Assembly (NCBI GenBank): GCA_017626555.1
Contig: JAGAIM010000019.1
Span: 20,345-84,344 of the forward strand
DNA: 64,000 bases
Direction: 5' to 3'
DNA from: Bacteroidales bacterium
Lineage (GTDB): Bacteria; Bacteroidota; Bacteroidia; Bacteroidales; UBA932
Shown here: piece by piece, positions 19,911 through 28,748 of the stretch
Position numbering within the stretch: the stretch's first letter is position 1
How the letters are laid out: each line of letters begins with the position of its first letter
Program-made: the position numbers and the translations under genes
The notes under the pieces: generated by a model
Told to the model about the DNA's origin: nothing
What the model saw: only the letters and a program-made list of their open reading frames with translations
Databases searched by the model: none

Positions 19911-20714
19911 ATGAACGCAACAACGAAAAAAGAGATTTACGAAATCATCGGGCAGGCAAAGATTCTGGAAGGTCTTATGAATGAACTGGAATCCCCTCTG
20001 ACCGGGAAGCAGAAAAGCAATCTTGCCGAGGAAGAGTTCTTTATAGACTCAGCCTTGTGTCAGGCTGGTTGTATCAGTGATATTATCTCGCGCATTGATT
20101 CTGCCCTACATCACCCTGAGCAATATCCTGAACCGGAACCATTACCTCCTTACGATGGAAATGCTGAATCCGTTTATATCGGGTTATGTGGCATCAGAGA
20201 CGATTGGAAAAGTCTTTATTATTCCGACGCAGCCGATAAAAGAACTAGACAGTTTCTTTTTGCCAGTCATCACTTTACCCGATGGACAGGTGAGATGTTT
20301 AAATATACGGAACATCTTGGCTGCAAATATGGTCTTATGCCGGCCGAGGTCAGGATTGGAGGTATCCGGATGAGGGATTTAGGGGCATATAACGACAAAA
20401 CCGGCGGAATCACATTCAACAGGCGACTTATCCGTGACCCTGCACAAGCGATGATTACTGTTATTCACGAACTCTGCCACGTGCGTTATCCCGACCACAG
20501 CAGGGAATTCTGGCAGTTGTACGAAGATGTCTGTATCAGTGAAGGAATCCTTCTGGAAAGGGTTCTTGGAGAGAGAAAAAGCCTGAGGGAACTGAAGAAG
20601 GATATGATACCTTACAGATGGAAGCCTGAGGTTGACTACTTCACGGACAACGAGAAAATCACGATAGAGAAAATACTGAAAAATACAAAGCACGGCAGCA
20701 AATCCTTTGTCTGA
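19911..20714 (+). CDS. YgjP/M48-like (DUF45-type) zinc metallopeptidase with N-terminal extension
   Basis: ITFNRRLI...VIHELCHVRYPDHSREFW. Confidence 0.75.
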   Translation: MNATTKKEIYEIIGQAKILEGLMNELESPLTGKQKSNLAEEEFFIDSALCQAGCISDIISRIDSALHHPEQYPEPEPLPPYDGNAESVYIGLCGIRDDWKSLYYSDAADKRTRQFLFASHHFTRWTGEMFKYTEHLGCKYGLMPAEVRIGGIRMRDLGAYNDKTGGITFNRRLIRDPAQAMITVIHELCHVRYPDHSREFWQLYEDVCISEGILLERVLGERKSLRELKKDMIPYRWKPEVDYFTDNEKITIEKILKNTKHGSKSFV

Positions 20715-20926
20715 TAAGTAATATATCTTGGAAATTAATGGGAAATCCGGTATTTTTGTTACAAAATTTTGATATCGTCACATCCAGAAGGTTCAGATAT
20801 CACAATAGCCGTTTAGCGGAATGGCAATTACAATGGCTGTATTCAATCAAGAATTCTGCAAATGTCTATTTATTTGTGATGTCTCTTATTTATATTTTAT
20901 CGTTTTAAGATTCTTTACAACATCCG

Positions 20927-23242
20927 ATGAAAACCGGTCAGACAGATAAGTTTCACTTAAAGGAGATTGCATCTTGGGATAAAAGTATAATACCAGATCT
21001 TCAGAGAGGCCTGGTATGGAAACCCCGTCAGATGGAATTATTATGGGATTCGATTCTCAGAGGTTTCCCTATAGGTTCGTTCATATTTGCCGAGGCTACA
21101 GATGGTAAGGATTATCTGATGGACGGGCAACAACGATTCAATACCATTTCTTTAGGATTCAAAGATCCGGAAGAGGACGGAAATCCATCGTGCATTCTCT
21201 GGATCGATCTCGAGCCAAAGGGAAAGACTTCAAGAAAGTATTGGATCAAGGCAACAACAATATCGCATCCTTGGGGATATGCCAACAACGACGATTGCAG
21301 TACCTTGAGTGCAGCACAAAGACGCGAAGCATTAAGTTTATATGGAATAGAAGGCAATATCTATCAGAATCCTATATCTTTATATGATGCTTGGCCTTCT
21401 GAAGCAGGATTTCCTGTCCCCCTATCCTGTATTCTTAATTCAGATGTAGAGGATGAAAATGCTTTTGAAAAAAGTCTGGAAGCCAATTTCAGAAAAGCCC
21501 GTAATAAATTCAAAAAATTGCAATCCCTTGGCAATGAGGATATTAAACAATTGACGAAGCAGATATCATCATCTTATTATACAGTCGTCAAAAGAATGTA
21601 TGATTATACTGTCGGCTATTCAAAATTAAGCAAAGAAGTGTTCCAAGATAATACAGAAGATTCTGTGCAGAACACTTCCACTGCCCTTGAAGTCTTGTTT
21701 ACCAGATTGAATACAGGAGGCACGCAGATCACATCGGAAGAATTGTTTTATTCTGCCATAAAATCATATTGGGGAGAAATAAAGGAAATCAATGATGAAT
21801 TAGCCGGAAGATATCACGTGCCGGCAGTCAAACTGGCCATCCTTTCATTCCGCCTCTACAAGACATTGCAGTCCGGTATATATGAAAATGACCTCAGTAT
21901 TTTGAAAATACGTGAGTTGGCCACTGCAGATGTTGATGACAAATCCAGGATAATAGAATTCTATAAGACGGAATTAGAGGACGTGCTGGCAGATATCAGT
22001 GCGTATTTTGACGATGAACGAATCCCGGCAATCATTAAAACCAGCCTGGTAAGAAATTCTACAGATGTTTTTCTTTTAATGATGTACTTGAGGAAGCGTC
22101 ACGCTGATCTGGATGCATCAAAAGCCCTAGGTCTTATGCTGTATCTGCATTGGTTTGCTGTTGACAGACATAAGCGGAAGGCAGTGAAATGCATCTTTGA
22201 CGAATGTGTGAAGGAGGATGATAATGTGGATGTTTACGCTTCTATTCAACGGGGAATTTCCAATTGTCTTTTGAATGATTGGATTACGTTTCCTGTCACT
22301 CCTGATACACTGAGAGAAAACATCAGATATTTGTGCAATCCTGATCAAAAATTTGAATTGCCGGATTCGGCTCTTTGGACAGACACATTCAATGTCGTAA
22401 CGAATAATGGTTCATATTCGAACGAGATGCTGCTTCTTGCCCAAAAAGACTATATAAATGCGAAGTTTCCACAATATGATCCAGGAAACGAGTCAATGTG
22501 GCAGGAACATAACCGGCCGTGGGATTTTGATCATATAATACCGCAGGAATGGATAGCAGGCCGCAGAAGATATGGAATATACCAAGGCTTCTGCAAAAAC
22601 TGGTTGAATAATATAGGAAATTTCGCTGCAATTCCATTCGAATTGAACAGGGCGAAGAAAAATGAGAATGATTTTGAGGAATATACCCGAAACAGTGAAA
22701 AATTATTGTTTGACTGGAATAAGTATAAAGAGATCAAGGAGAATCTGATAGATGATAAGCAGTCCGCTATATTATTTGCCGAAACCACTGCGGATAGAAT
22801 GCTGGAAATATATTCCAGGATATATTCCCTCGTGCAACCGCTTCTTGATTTCGAAGCCGACAGACTTTGTGAATCTGCCTTTAAGAGAAAAGAATTATTC
22901 GACAAGATACGGGGGATATTTAAAGATGCCGTAGTCTCATTTGTAGTAAACAACAAGGAATATGAGATTGATGAACACGACATCATCAACTGGAACAGGG
23001 ACTGGATGTCGATAGGTATAGTCCGGGGCTCATATTACTATTGTCTGACGACCTCTCCGCATTATATCAACAAAGAAATAGGTGTCAGAAGAGCGCCCGA
23101 GCAGATGAAGACTGTTATGCCCGGGCACAGACATATTGACGGATACATTTATGACGAAGACAATCCTTGGTGGTATTGCTATAAACTTATTCGGACCGAT
23201 GATGCCGATATTATGATAGATGAGTTAAGCAAGTTGGTTTAG
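20927..23242 (+). CDS. GmrSD-like DUF262 + HNH (DUF1524-type) nuclease
   Basis: PDLQRGLVW, LMDGQQR, FTRLNTGG (DUF262); DFDHIIPQ...NIGN...N (HNH); AT-rich. Confidence 0.85.
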   Translation: MKTGQTDKFHLKEIASWDKSIIPDLQRGLVWKPRQMELLWDSILRGFPIGSFIFAEATDGKDYLMDGQQRFNTISLGFKDPEEDGNPSCILWIDLEPKGKTSRKYWIKATTISHPWGYANNDDCSTLSAAQRREALSLYGIEGNIYQNPISLYDAWPSEAGFPVPLSCILNSDVEDENAFEKSLEANFRKARNKFKKLQSLGNEDIKQLTKQISSSYYTVVKRMYDYTVGYSKLSKEVFQDNTEDSVQNTSTALEVLFTRLNTGGTQITSEELFYSAIKSYWGEIKEINDELAGRYHVPAVKLAILSFRLYKTLQSGIYENDLSILKIRELATADVDDKSRIIEFYKTELEDVLADISAYFDDERIPAIIKTSLVRNSTDVFLLMMYLRKRHADLDASKALGLMLYLHWFAVDRHKRKAVKCIFDECVKEDDNVDVYASIQRGISNCLLNDWITFPVTPDTLRENIRYLCNPDQKFELPDSALWTDTFNVVTNNGSYSNEMLLLAQKDYINAKFPQYDPGNESMWQEHNRPWDFDHIIPQEWIAGRRRYGIYQGFCKNWLNNIGNFAAIPFELNRAKKNENDFEEYTRNSEKLLFDWNKYKEIKENLIDDKQSAILFAETTADRMLEIYSRIYSLVQPLLDFEADRLCESAFKRKELFDKIRGIFKDAVVSFVVNNKEYEIDEHDIINWNRDWMSIGIVRGSYYYCLTTSPHYINKEIGVRRAPEQMKTVMPGHRHIDGYIYDEDNPWWYCYKLIRTDDADIMIDELSKLV

Positions 23243-23252
23243 CATTTCAAGA

Positions 23253-23396
23253 TTATTTGTACAGATTGAGTATGTTGCCGGCGTGTTCGATCATCCTATC
23301 CCTCAGACAGGATGGCTCCAGCACTTCCACCCAGTCGTTATACTTGAGAAGTTCCATCTCGACTTCCCAGGTAGGAGTAATCTCACACTCAAAAAT
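23253..23396 (-). pseudogene. Remnant 3' end (WCX region) of a second WYL regulator
   Basis: Hand translation IFECEITPTWEVEMELLKYNDWVEVLEPSCLRDRMIEHAGNILNLYK*, parallel to the C-terminus of 16734..17648; preceded in frame by TAA. Confidence 0.7.
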
Positions 23397-23624
23397 TTAC
23401 ACAATTGACTTTCCGTGCAAAGACTATGTGTGCGGATCCGGATAATGACGACTACTTTAAGATCAAGTCCCGGAGGAGACTGATCGAAAGAATCGCGACA
23501 TCTGCATATATCATTTACATTCCATTAACCCTCACGTATCTTCAATTAATATGAACATAATATACCGATGCCTCAAATGCGGCTCCAGGCTTGTAATACA
23601 TTAATTCTTATTTTCTCAGGTGTC

Positions 23625-24386
23625 TTACGGTTTCAATCCGCTGCCGCCTTGGAGAGTTATAGTCTCGCCTGTCACGTATTCCGCATCTTTGCTTGCTAGG
23701 AAGACACATACACGGCCTATATCGTTCTTTGGATCGGCGAAATGGCCAAGCGGTATGCCTTGAATGGTCTTTTCATAAAGATCCGGGAAGTTCTCTCTCC
23801 ACTGCTGAAGACTTTCTGTCATAGCAAGAGGACAGATGACGTTTACCCTTACTCCGTCAGGACCCCATTCTGCCGCTGCAACGCGTGACATACCTCTGAT
23901 ACCTTCCTTGGCTGCCGCGTATGAAGCCTGGCCGAGTTTGCCAAACATACCGGCACCGGAAGCAAAATTGATTACCGAACCTTTAGTCTCTTTAAGATAT
24001 GGGAAGCATTCACGCATATAGAAGAAAGCCGCATAGAGTCCCGAAAAGATCGCCATATCAAAATCTTCCTTTGTATGCTCAATCAATGGAAGCCCCGATC
24101 TGGACACCTGGGCGTTATTAACCAAAGTATCGATCCTGCCAAAAGTCTCTATGGTTTTTCTGACTACTTCTCGAATGGCTTCTTCATCAGCACCATCCGC
24201 TACTATAGGAAGCACCCTGATGCCATATCTGGTTTCAAGTTCTTCTTTAGCAGTCAAAAGCCTTGATTCCGTTCTACCTGTCAGAACCAGATCCGAACCC
24301 TCTTCTGCAAAAGCCTGTGCAAGCCCGAATCCTATCCCCTTTCCCCCACCTGTTATAATGGTGACATTATCTAGAAGTCTTTTCAT
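23625..24386 (-). CDS. SDR oxidoreductase, probable bile-acid 12alpha-hydroxysteroid dehydrogenase-like
   Basis: TGGGKGIG, NNAQ, FASGAG, YAAAK; resembles recalled clostridial 12alpha-HSDH sequence; ATG 24386 preferred. Confidence 0.75.
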   Translation of the reverse strand: MKRLLDNVTIITGGGKGIGFGLAQAFAEEGSDLVLTGRTESRLLTAKEELETRYGIRVLPIVADGADEEAIREVVRKTIETFGRIDTLVNNAQVSRSGLPLIEHTKEDFDMAIFSGLYAAFFYMRECFPYLKETKGSVINFASGAGMFGKLGQASYAAAKEGIRGMSRVAAAEWGPDGVRVNVICPLAMTESLQQWRENFPDLYEKTIQGIPLGHFADPKNDIGRVCVFLASKDAEYVTGETITLQGGSGLKP

Positions 24387-24489
24387 TTCTGTGTCTGTTA
24401 AATTTTGGATGAGTATATGCAAAAATCATTCTAGAGCTGTATTATGTCAGTTTTCTTTATTTGGTGCAAGTAATATAGACACACCAAGC

Positions 24490-24620
24490 GCATTTATACA
24501 GGAAAAGTGCTCGCGGTACCCTTCAATTTATGGGTATCGCAAGCACTTTCGCTATGTTTTCGCACTCGGTCTCCAACATCTCCGGAGTTCCGGTTGTGCA
24601 ATGTCAGATTACCACTCCAG
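24490..24620. repeat. Direct-repeat copy 1 (84-bp hairpin block + 20-bp copy of the PFK gene 3' end); att-like
   Basis: 24490-24573 matches 27202-27285 at 81/84; 24601-24620 is identical to 27307-27326 (ATGTCAGATTACCACTCCAG). Confidence 0.9.
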
Positions 24621-24780
24621 TGGTATCTAACCCACTGATAATCAATGAGTTGATTTTAACATTCCTAAAAATCGGGAGTAACTTATTGAGATACAGCGTT
24701 ATAATTCCATATTGACTCAGCATTATAGAATGATCGCAATATAAACAACAATAATATATATGATAATGCAAGATTAGATC

Positions 24781-25071
24781 TTAAACGGTAGTCAAATGTC
24801 TGCGACGAAGGGCAGTAAGTACGCATTCCGATGCAATAGGATTAAGCCCCCTGAATGTTGTACGACTCTTAAGTTCTGCGAGAGACATATGTAGCAACAG
24901 CTTAGCAATACACTCGTCTGCAAATGAATTGCTCACAACATTCACGCCTGTAAAATCGAGAACCACGAGGTCGTTCTGCTCTATCAATGGCAGCAGGCTC
25001 TCGCGCACACGCTGACCTAAAGGACGTGTACCTAAATTTTCACCATATTGTATAAAACTGAACGTTACCAT
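24781..25071 (-). CDS. STAS-like (DUF4325-type) protein
   Basis: VVLDFTGVNVVSNSFADECIAKL; overlaps the upstream ATPase gene. Confidence 0.8.
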   Translation of the reverse strand: MVTFSFIQYGENLGTRPLGQRVRESLLPLIEQNDLVVLDFTGVNVVSNSFADECIAKLLLHMSLAELKSRTTFRGLNPIASECVLTALRRRHLTTV

Positions 25072-25718
25072 AATTCTTCTAATTCGTTATCATTCAAGAA
25101 TGTTTCATTATACTGAGCCGCCACATTTGTGCGATTTGCAACGACTTCTGCCGGATTAATCTCCTTATTGGTTTGAATCTGCAGATAAATGATGGTTCCT
25201 TGCCAAAATTCACTATCTGATATCGCTTCGTCTCCGCTTTGCAAAGTCAAGGTGTGATTGCCGGAACGAACATCAAATTTCAAACCTGCATCTCTGGCCA
25301 AAAGAGAAGTTGAATAGAGACCGAATCCCATACCCTTTCCGTCAGTAATTGCATCCTTGACACAAATTCTCAATGCTTCTGACTCACTAATTTCGGCATA
25401 TTTTTCATTCTCAGAAAGAGACTCTCTCACACCGATGCCATCATCAGCAACAAGGAAACTCAACACATGATTTACAGCGTCATAGTGAGTTATTACTGTA
25501 CCCAACTCCTTACCTGAATGAATCAACACGTTATCCAGAATCTCATAGAAACAATAGCTTAAGGCCTGCAAAACAGTAGTCTCAATCTCAATATGCTGCG
25601 TCAATACCCCTACAACGCGTTGATAAACATCATAAATATTCTTCTCATCAAAAACATCAATCGTAAGATCTTCATTCTTCGATGGGAAATACTGCTTTAT
25701 GAGAGTCAACAAGTTCAT
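25065..25718 (-). CDS. GHKL/HATPase-fold ATP-binding protein (anti-sigma-kinase-like)
   Basis: EILDNVLIHS (N box), VADDGIG (G1), GMGFGL (G2). Confidence 0.8.
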   Translation of the reverse strand: MNLLTLIKQYFPSKNEDLTIDVFDEKNIYDVYQRVVGVLTQHIEIETTVLQALSYCFYEILDNVLIHSGKELGTVITHYDAVNHVLSFLVADDGIGVRESLSENEKYAEISESEALRICVKDAITDGKGMGFGLYSTSLLARDAGLKFDVRSGNHTLTLQSGDEAISDSEFWQGTIIYLQIQTNKEINPAEVVANRTNVAAQYNETFLNDNELEELW

Positions 25719-25975
25719 AACAATTGCTACATTGTTTCAATTTGTAAAGATACAAAAGTGATGCGAAATCACAAAATCTGAAATGCGCCATATCACCTAT
25801 TTATAGGCATCTCTTTGATGATAAAACAACATCTATTTAAGTTGTATGTAATGTACTTATCAAATCCAAGTAGGTCATATGCTAGCGAATAACGAGCATA
25901 TCAGTACAAAGACTCCCCTGCTCTTGCTCCTTGGATCAGAAGTCAATCAGTTTGTGTAATCTTTCTTTCATAACC

Positions 25976-26449
25976 TTAAGCTTCATCTGTTTTATTAATC
26001 CGCCAACAACACGATTCAAACCAGAATTTGTTTGCAATGATGCCTTTCACGACATACAGAATCAACTGTACCGACAGTCTGACTATTACTGTCATTATAT
26101 ATGCAAATATAGGTGTCAGGAAAAGCATAAGTATAGATAACCACCTGGGTGCATAACTATCTGCAGGCACCACTAGAATCATTCCCCAGAATAGTCCAGC
26201 GACAAAAATTGACAGTTTGGGTGCTTTATTCACAAGTCTGCTGACATACTCCGTTGATAGAGTCTTCCATAGCAAGATTATTATTGCGATATGAGTTATT
26301 CCGTAAATAACATCTCTGGTAAGCCAGAGGTAAATATCCTTAGGATGTATATTATGACCCCAGTATATGAGCAGATTGTAGAGATTCCATATAATAGGAT
26401 CAAAAATTGGATGCCAATGGTCAATTGTTCGCAGATTTCCGATTCGTAG
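25976..26449 (-). pseudogene. Probable decayed membrane protein gene
   Basis: Frame of ORF 25976..26275 stays open 58 more codons upstream with no ATG/GTG/TTG before a TAA; hydrophobic segments. Confidence 0.4.
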
Positions 26450-26636
26450 TTATTATCATATTATTTGAAACAAGAATTTCATCATCTTACTTTTCTTGCG
26501 TAAACCATTCATAGTTATGCTCATTACGTTTGATATCTTGCTCGAGCATTGAAAAATTATCTCTATATCTGTCACAAAACACAAGGCAAGATCACAAACT
26601 ATCGCATTTAATGCAATTCCTTGCTTAAATCATAAC

Positions 26637-26912
26637 TTAAAGCCCCCTCCTCATATCCAGTTTCAAGAAGGATTTAAAGCAATCATAATAGATGTCCACT
26701 TCGTCTAGTGGAATAGCTTTTCGGGTCCTACTTCCCTGAATCATATAACCGTAGAATTTTAAACATTTTATGACATCAACATCGAAGAAACCGCATCTGC
26801 CCTTTGTAAAATCATAAAATAACTCGTATGTCTGGTCCCATAATTAGGGCTTTCCTTCTGTCTTTTCCTTGTAATATTTCAGAAATTCCTGACCGGGATA
26901 AAATCGTCTCAT
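26637..26912 (-). pseudogene. Possible small ORF interrupted by an in-frame stop
   Basis: MRRFYPGQEFLKYYKEKTEGKP*LWDQTYELFYDF...DMRRGL*; TAA at codon 23 of 92. Confidence 0.3.
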
Positions 26913-27201
26913 ATTTATATTATTATATCAATTTATTTGAATTATCTATTCAATTCACTACATAGGTTATCAAGAAGATATCCGTCCTGATATGCCTCGG
27001 CTAAAACATCCTTGAAATATCCCAAATAGTAGGTTACTGAATTATCGGTCATCTTCCGCCCTCCATTGTTACAACTCAAGAGATACAAGAGGACTGTTGT
27101 ATTCAAAAATTGCTGACCGATCGCGATTGTCCACTGAAAATTAAGCATACAACATCGTTATAGGAACAGCAGAACATCTATTTTTAAACAGAGGACCGCG
27201 G

Positions 27202-27326
27202 GCATTTATACAGGAATAGTGCCCGCGGTACCCTTCAATTTATGGGTATCGCGAGCACTTTCGCTATGTTTTCGCACTCGGTCTCACAAAGGTAACCGGT
27301 GCTGTTATGTCAGATTACCACTCCAG
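27202..27326. repeat. Direct-repeat copy 2 (att-like), overlapping the PFK stop
   Basis: Matches 24490-24620 as described for copy 1. Confidence 0.9.
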
Positions 27327-28550
27327 AATCTTCTTGAAGTCGTATGCCTCAGGGTTCTCGATGCCGAGAGCCTTCACTGCTTCGTAATCCTCTGGGGTTA
27401 CGTAGTGGGCGATGTAGTTGTAGTAGTTCTGGGCTGTGCCGGCGTTGATGTCAACTACGCGTGGAGGAATCTTGCCAGTTGTAGGGTCCTGGAGGTCGGC
27501 GAGGTAGAGTGGAGATACATTGCCGTATGAGTCAACGTAAACCATACATCCTGTCTTGCCTTCGCTGAAGAGTTGGTAAACGCCCATTGCGAGTTCTGTG
27601 CAGTATGTGAGGTCGTATGCGACAGGATCCTGGCAACGAACGTCGTATCCGATTTCTACAGGACGGCTCTTCACCTTGAGACCGATCTTCTTGAACTCAG
27701 CCTCGAGGAGGTCGTTGAAGAGAACAGCCTTTGAAACCTTACCGAGTTCTGGGTGACCGTGGTCGTCGTATGAGAAGTGAACGCCTGCTGCCTCCATCTC
27801 CTCAGCCTTGAACTCGTGGAAAAGACCCTCAGCCGCTACGATAGTACCGTAGTTGATGCCGAGAACCTTTCTCTTGAGGATTGCTGAGATAGAGAGTTTA
27901 ACCACCTTGTCGAGGCAGATTTCTGTCTTGTTGAACATCTCAGGGATGATTGTCATCGGGCAGTGTGTAGCCTCACCGATACCTAAAGCAAGGCTTCCGC
28001 AAGTACGTCCCATTGCACTGATCACAAGCCAGTTGCCTGATGTGCGTGCATCTTCGTAAACTGTGCGTGCAAGGTGTGCGCCTTCGTTCTTTGCAGAGTT
28101 GTATCCGAATGTAGGAGCGTTTGCAGGAAGAGGAAGGTCATTATCGATTGTCTTAGGACAGTGGATGTTTGCGATAGGGTATCCCTTTGCTGCGAGGAAC
28201 TTTGAGATACGGTTTGCAGTAGATGCTGTATCGTCACCTCCGATAGTAACTAAGAGCTTGATATTGTTATCCTTGAAGAGATCCAAGTTGAAGTTCTCCT
28301 CAAAGTCCTTGTCAGTTGGTTTGAAACGGCTCATTTCAAGGTAAGAACCGCCTCTGTTGAAGTAACGGTCAGCCTTGAAGAAGTCAAGATCCTCAGTGCG
28401 TGCATTCTTGCTGAAAAGTCCTGAATAACCGCCGTGAAGGCCGATAACACGGAATCCCTTTGCAAGGAAAGTCTTTGCTACACTCATTGAAACAGAGTTC
28501 ATTCCTGGTGCGGGACCGCCACCACAGAGGATAATTACTGCGTCTTTCAT
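27315..28550 (-). CDS. pfp: Pyrophosphate-dependent 6-phosphofructokinase
   Basis: GGGPAPG, TIGGDD and PKTIDND (Asp/Lys signature of PPi-PFKs), MGR. Confidence 0.85.
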   Translation of the reverse strand: MKDAVIILCGGGPAPGMNSVSMSVAKTFLAKGFRVIGLHGGYSGLFSKNARTEDLDFFKADRYFNRGGSYLEMSRFKPTDKDFEENFNLDLFKDNNIKLLVTIGGDDTASTANRISKFLAAKGYPIANIHCPKTIDNDLPLPANAPTFGYNSAKNEGAHLARTVYEDARTSGNWLVISAMGRTCGSLALGIGEATHCPMTIIPEMFNKTEICLDKVVKLSISAILKRKVLGINYGTIVAAEGLFHEFKAEEMEAAGVHFSYDDHGHPELGKVSKAVLFNDLLEAEFKKIGLKVKSRPVEIGYDVRCQDPVAYDLTYCTELAMGVYQLFSEGKTGCMVYVDSYGNVSPLYLADLQDPTTGKIPPRVVDINAGTAQNYYNYIAHYVTPEDYEAVKALGIENPEAYDFKKILEW

Positions 28551-28748
28551 CTTTTTACTAAATTTAAAAGTTATACAAAAAAATCAAGTCTCAATCCAGT
28601 TGCTGCGTGACATTCACAAACTGCAGCAATATCCTGCAAAATTACCATTTTTTGATGTAAATGCCAAGAAAATATATACTACTTCTGCACAAAGGTCTTC
28701 TTGTTGCACAAGTCAAATGCATTTAGTATTTTTGTAAGTTATTTGATT

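Larger units (their letters stand above)
24621..27326. mobile_element. Degenerate integrative island at the 3' end of the PPi-PFK gene
   Basis: Flanking direct repeats including the PFK stop codon, AT-rich content, broken ORFs, no integrase retained. Confidence 0.65.

Noticed and set aside
23426-23554. 42-codon ORF MCADPDNDDYFKIK... on the plus strand
   Set aside because: No promoter or family recognised; probably debris at the WYL-remnant junction
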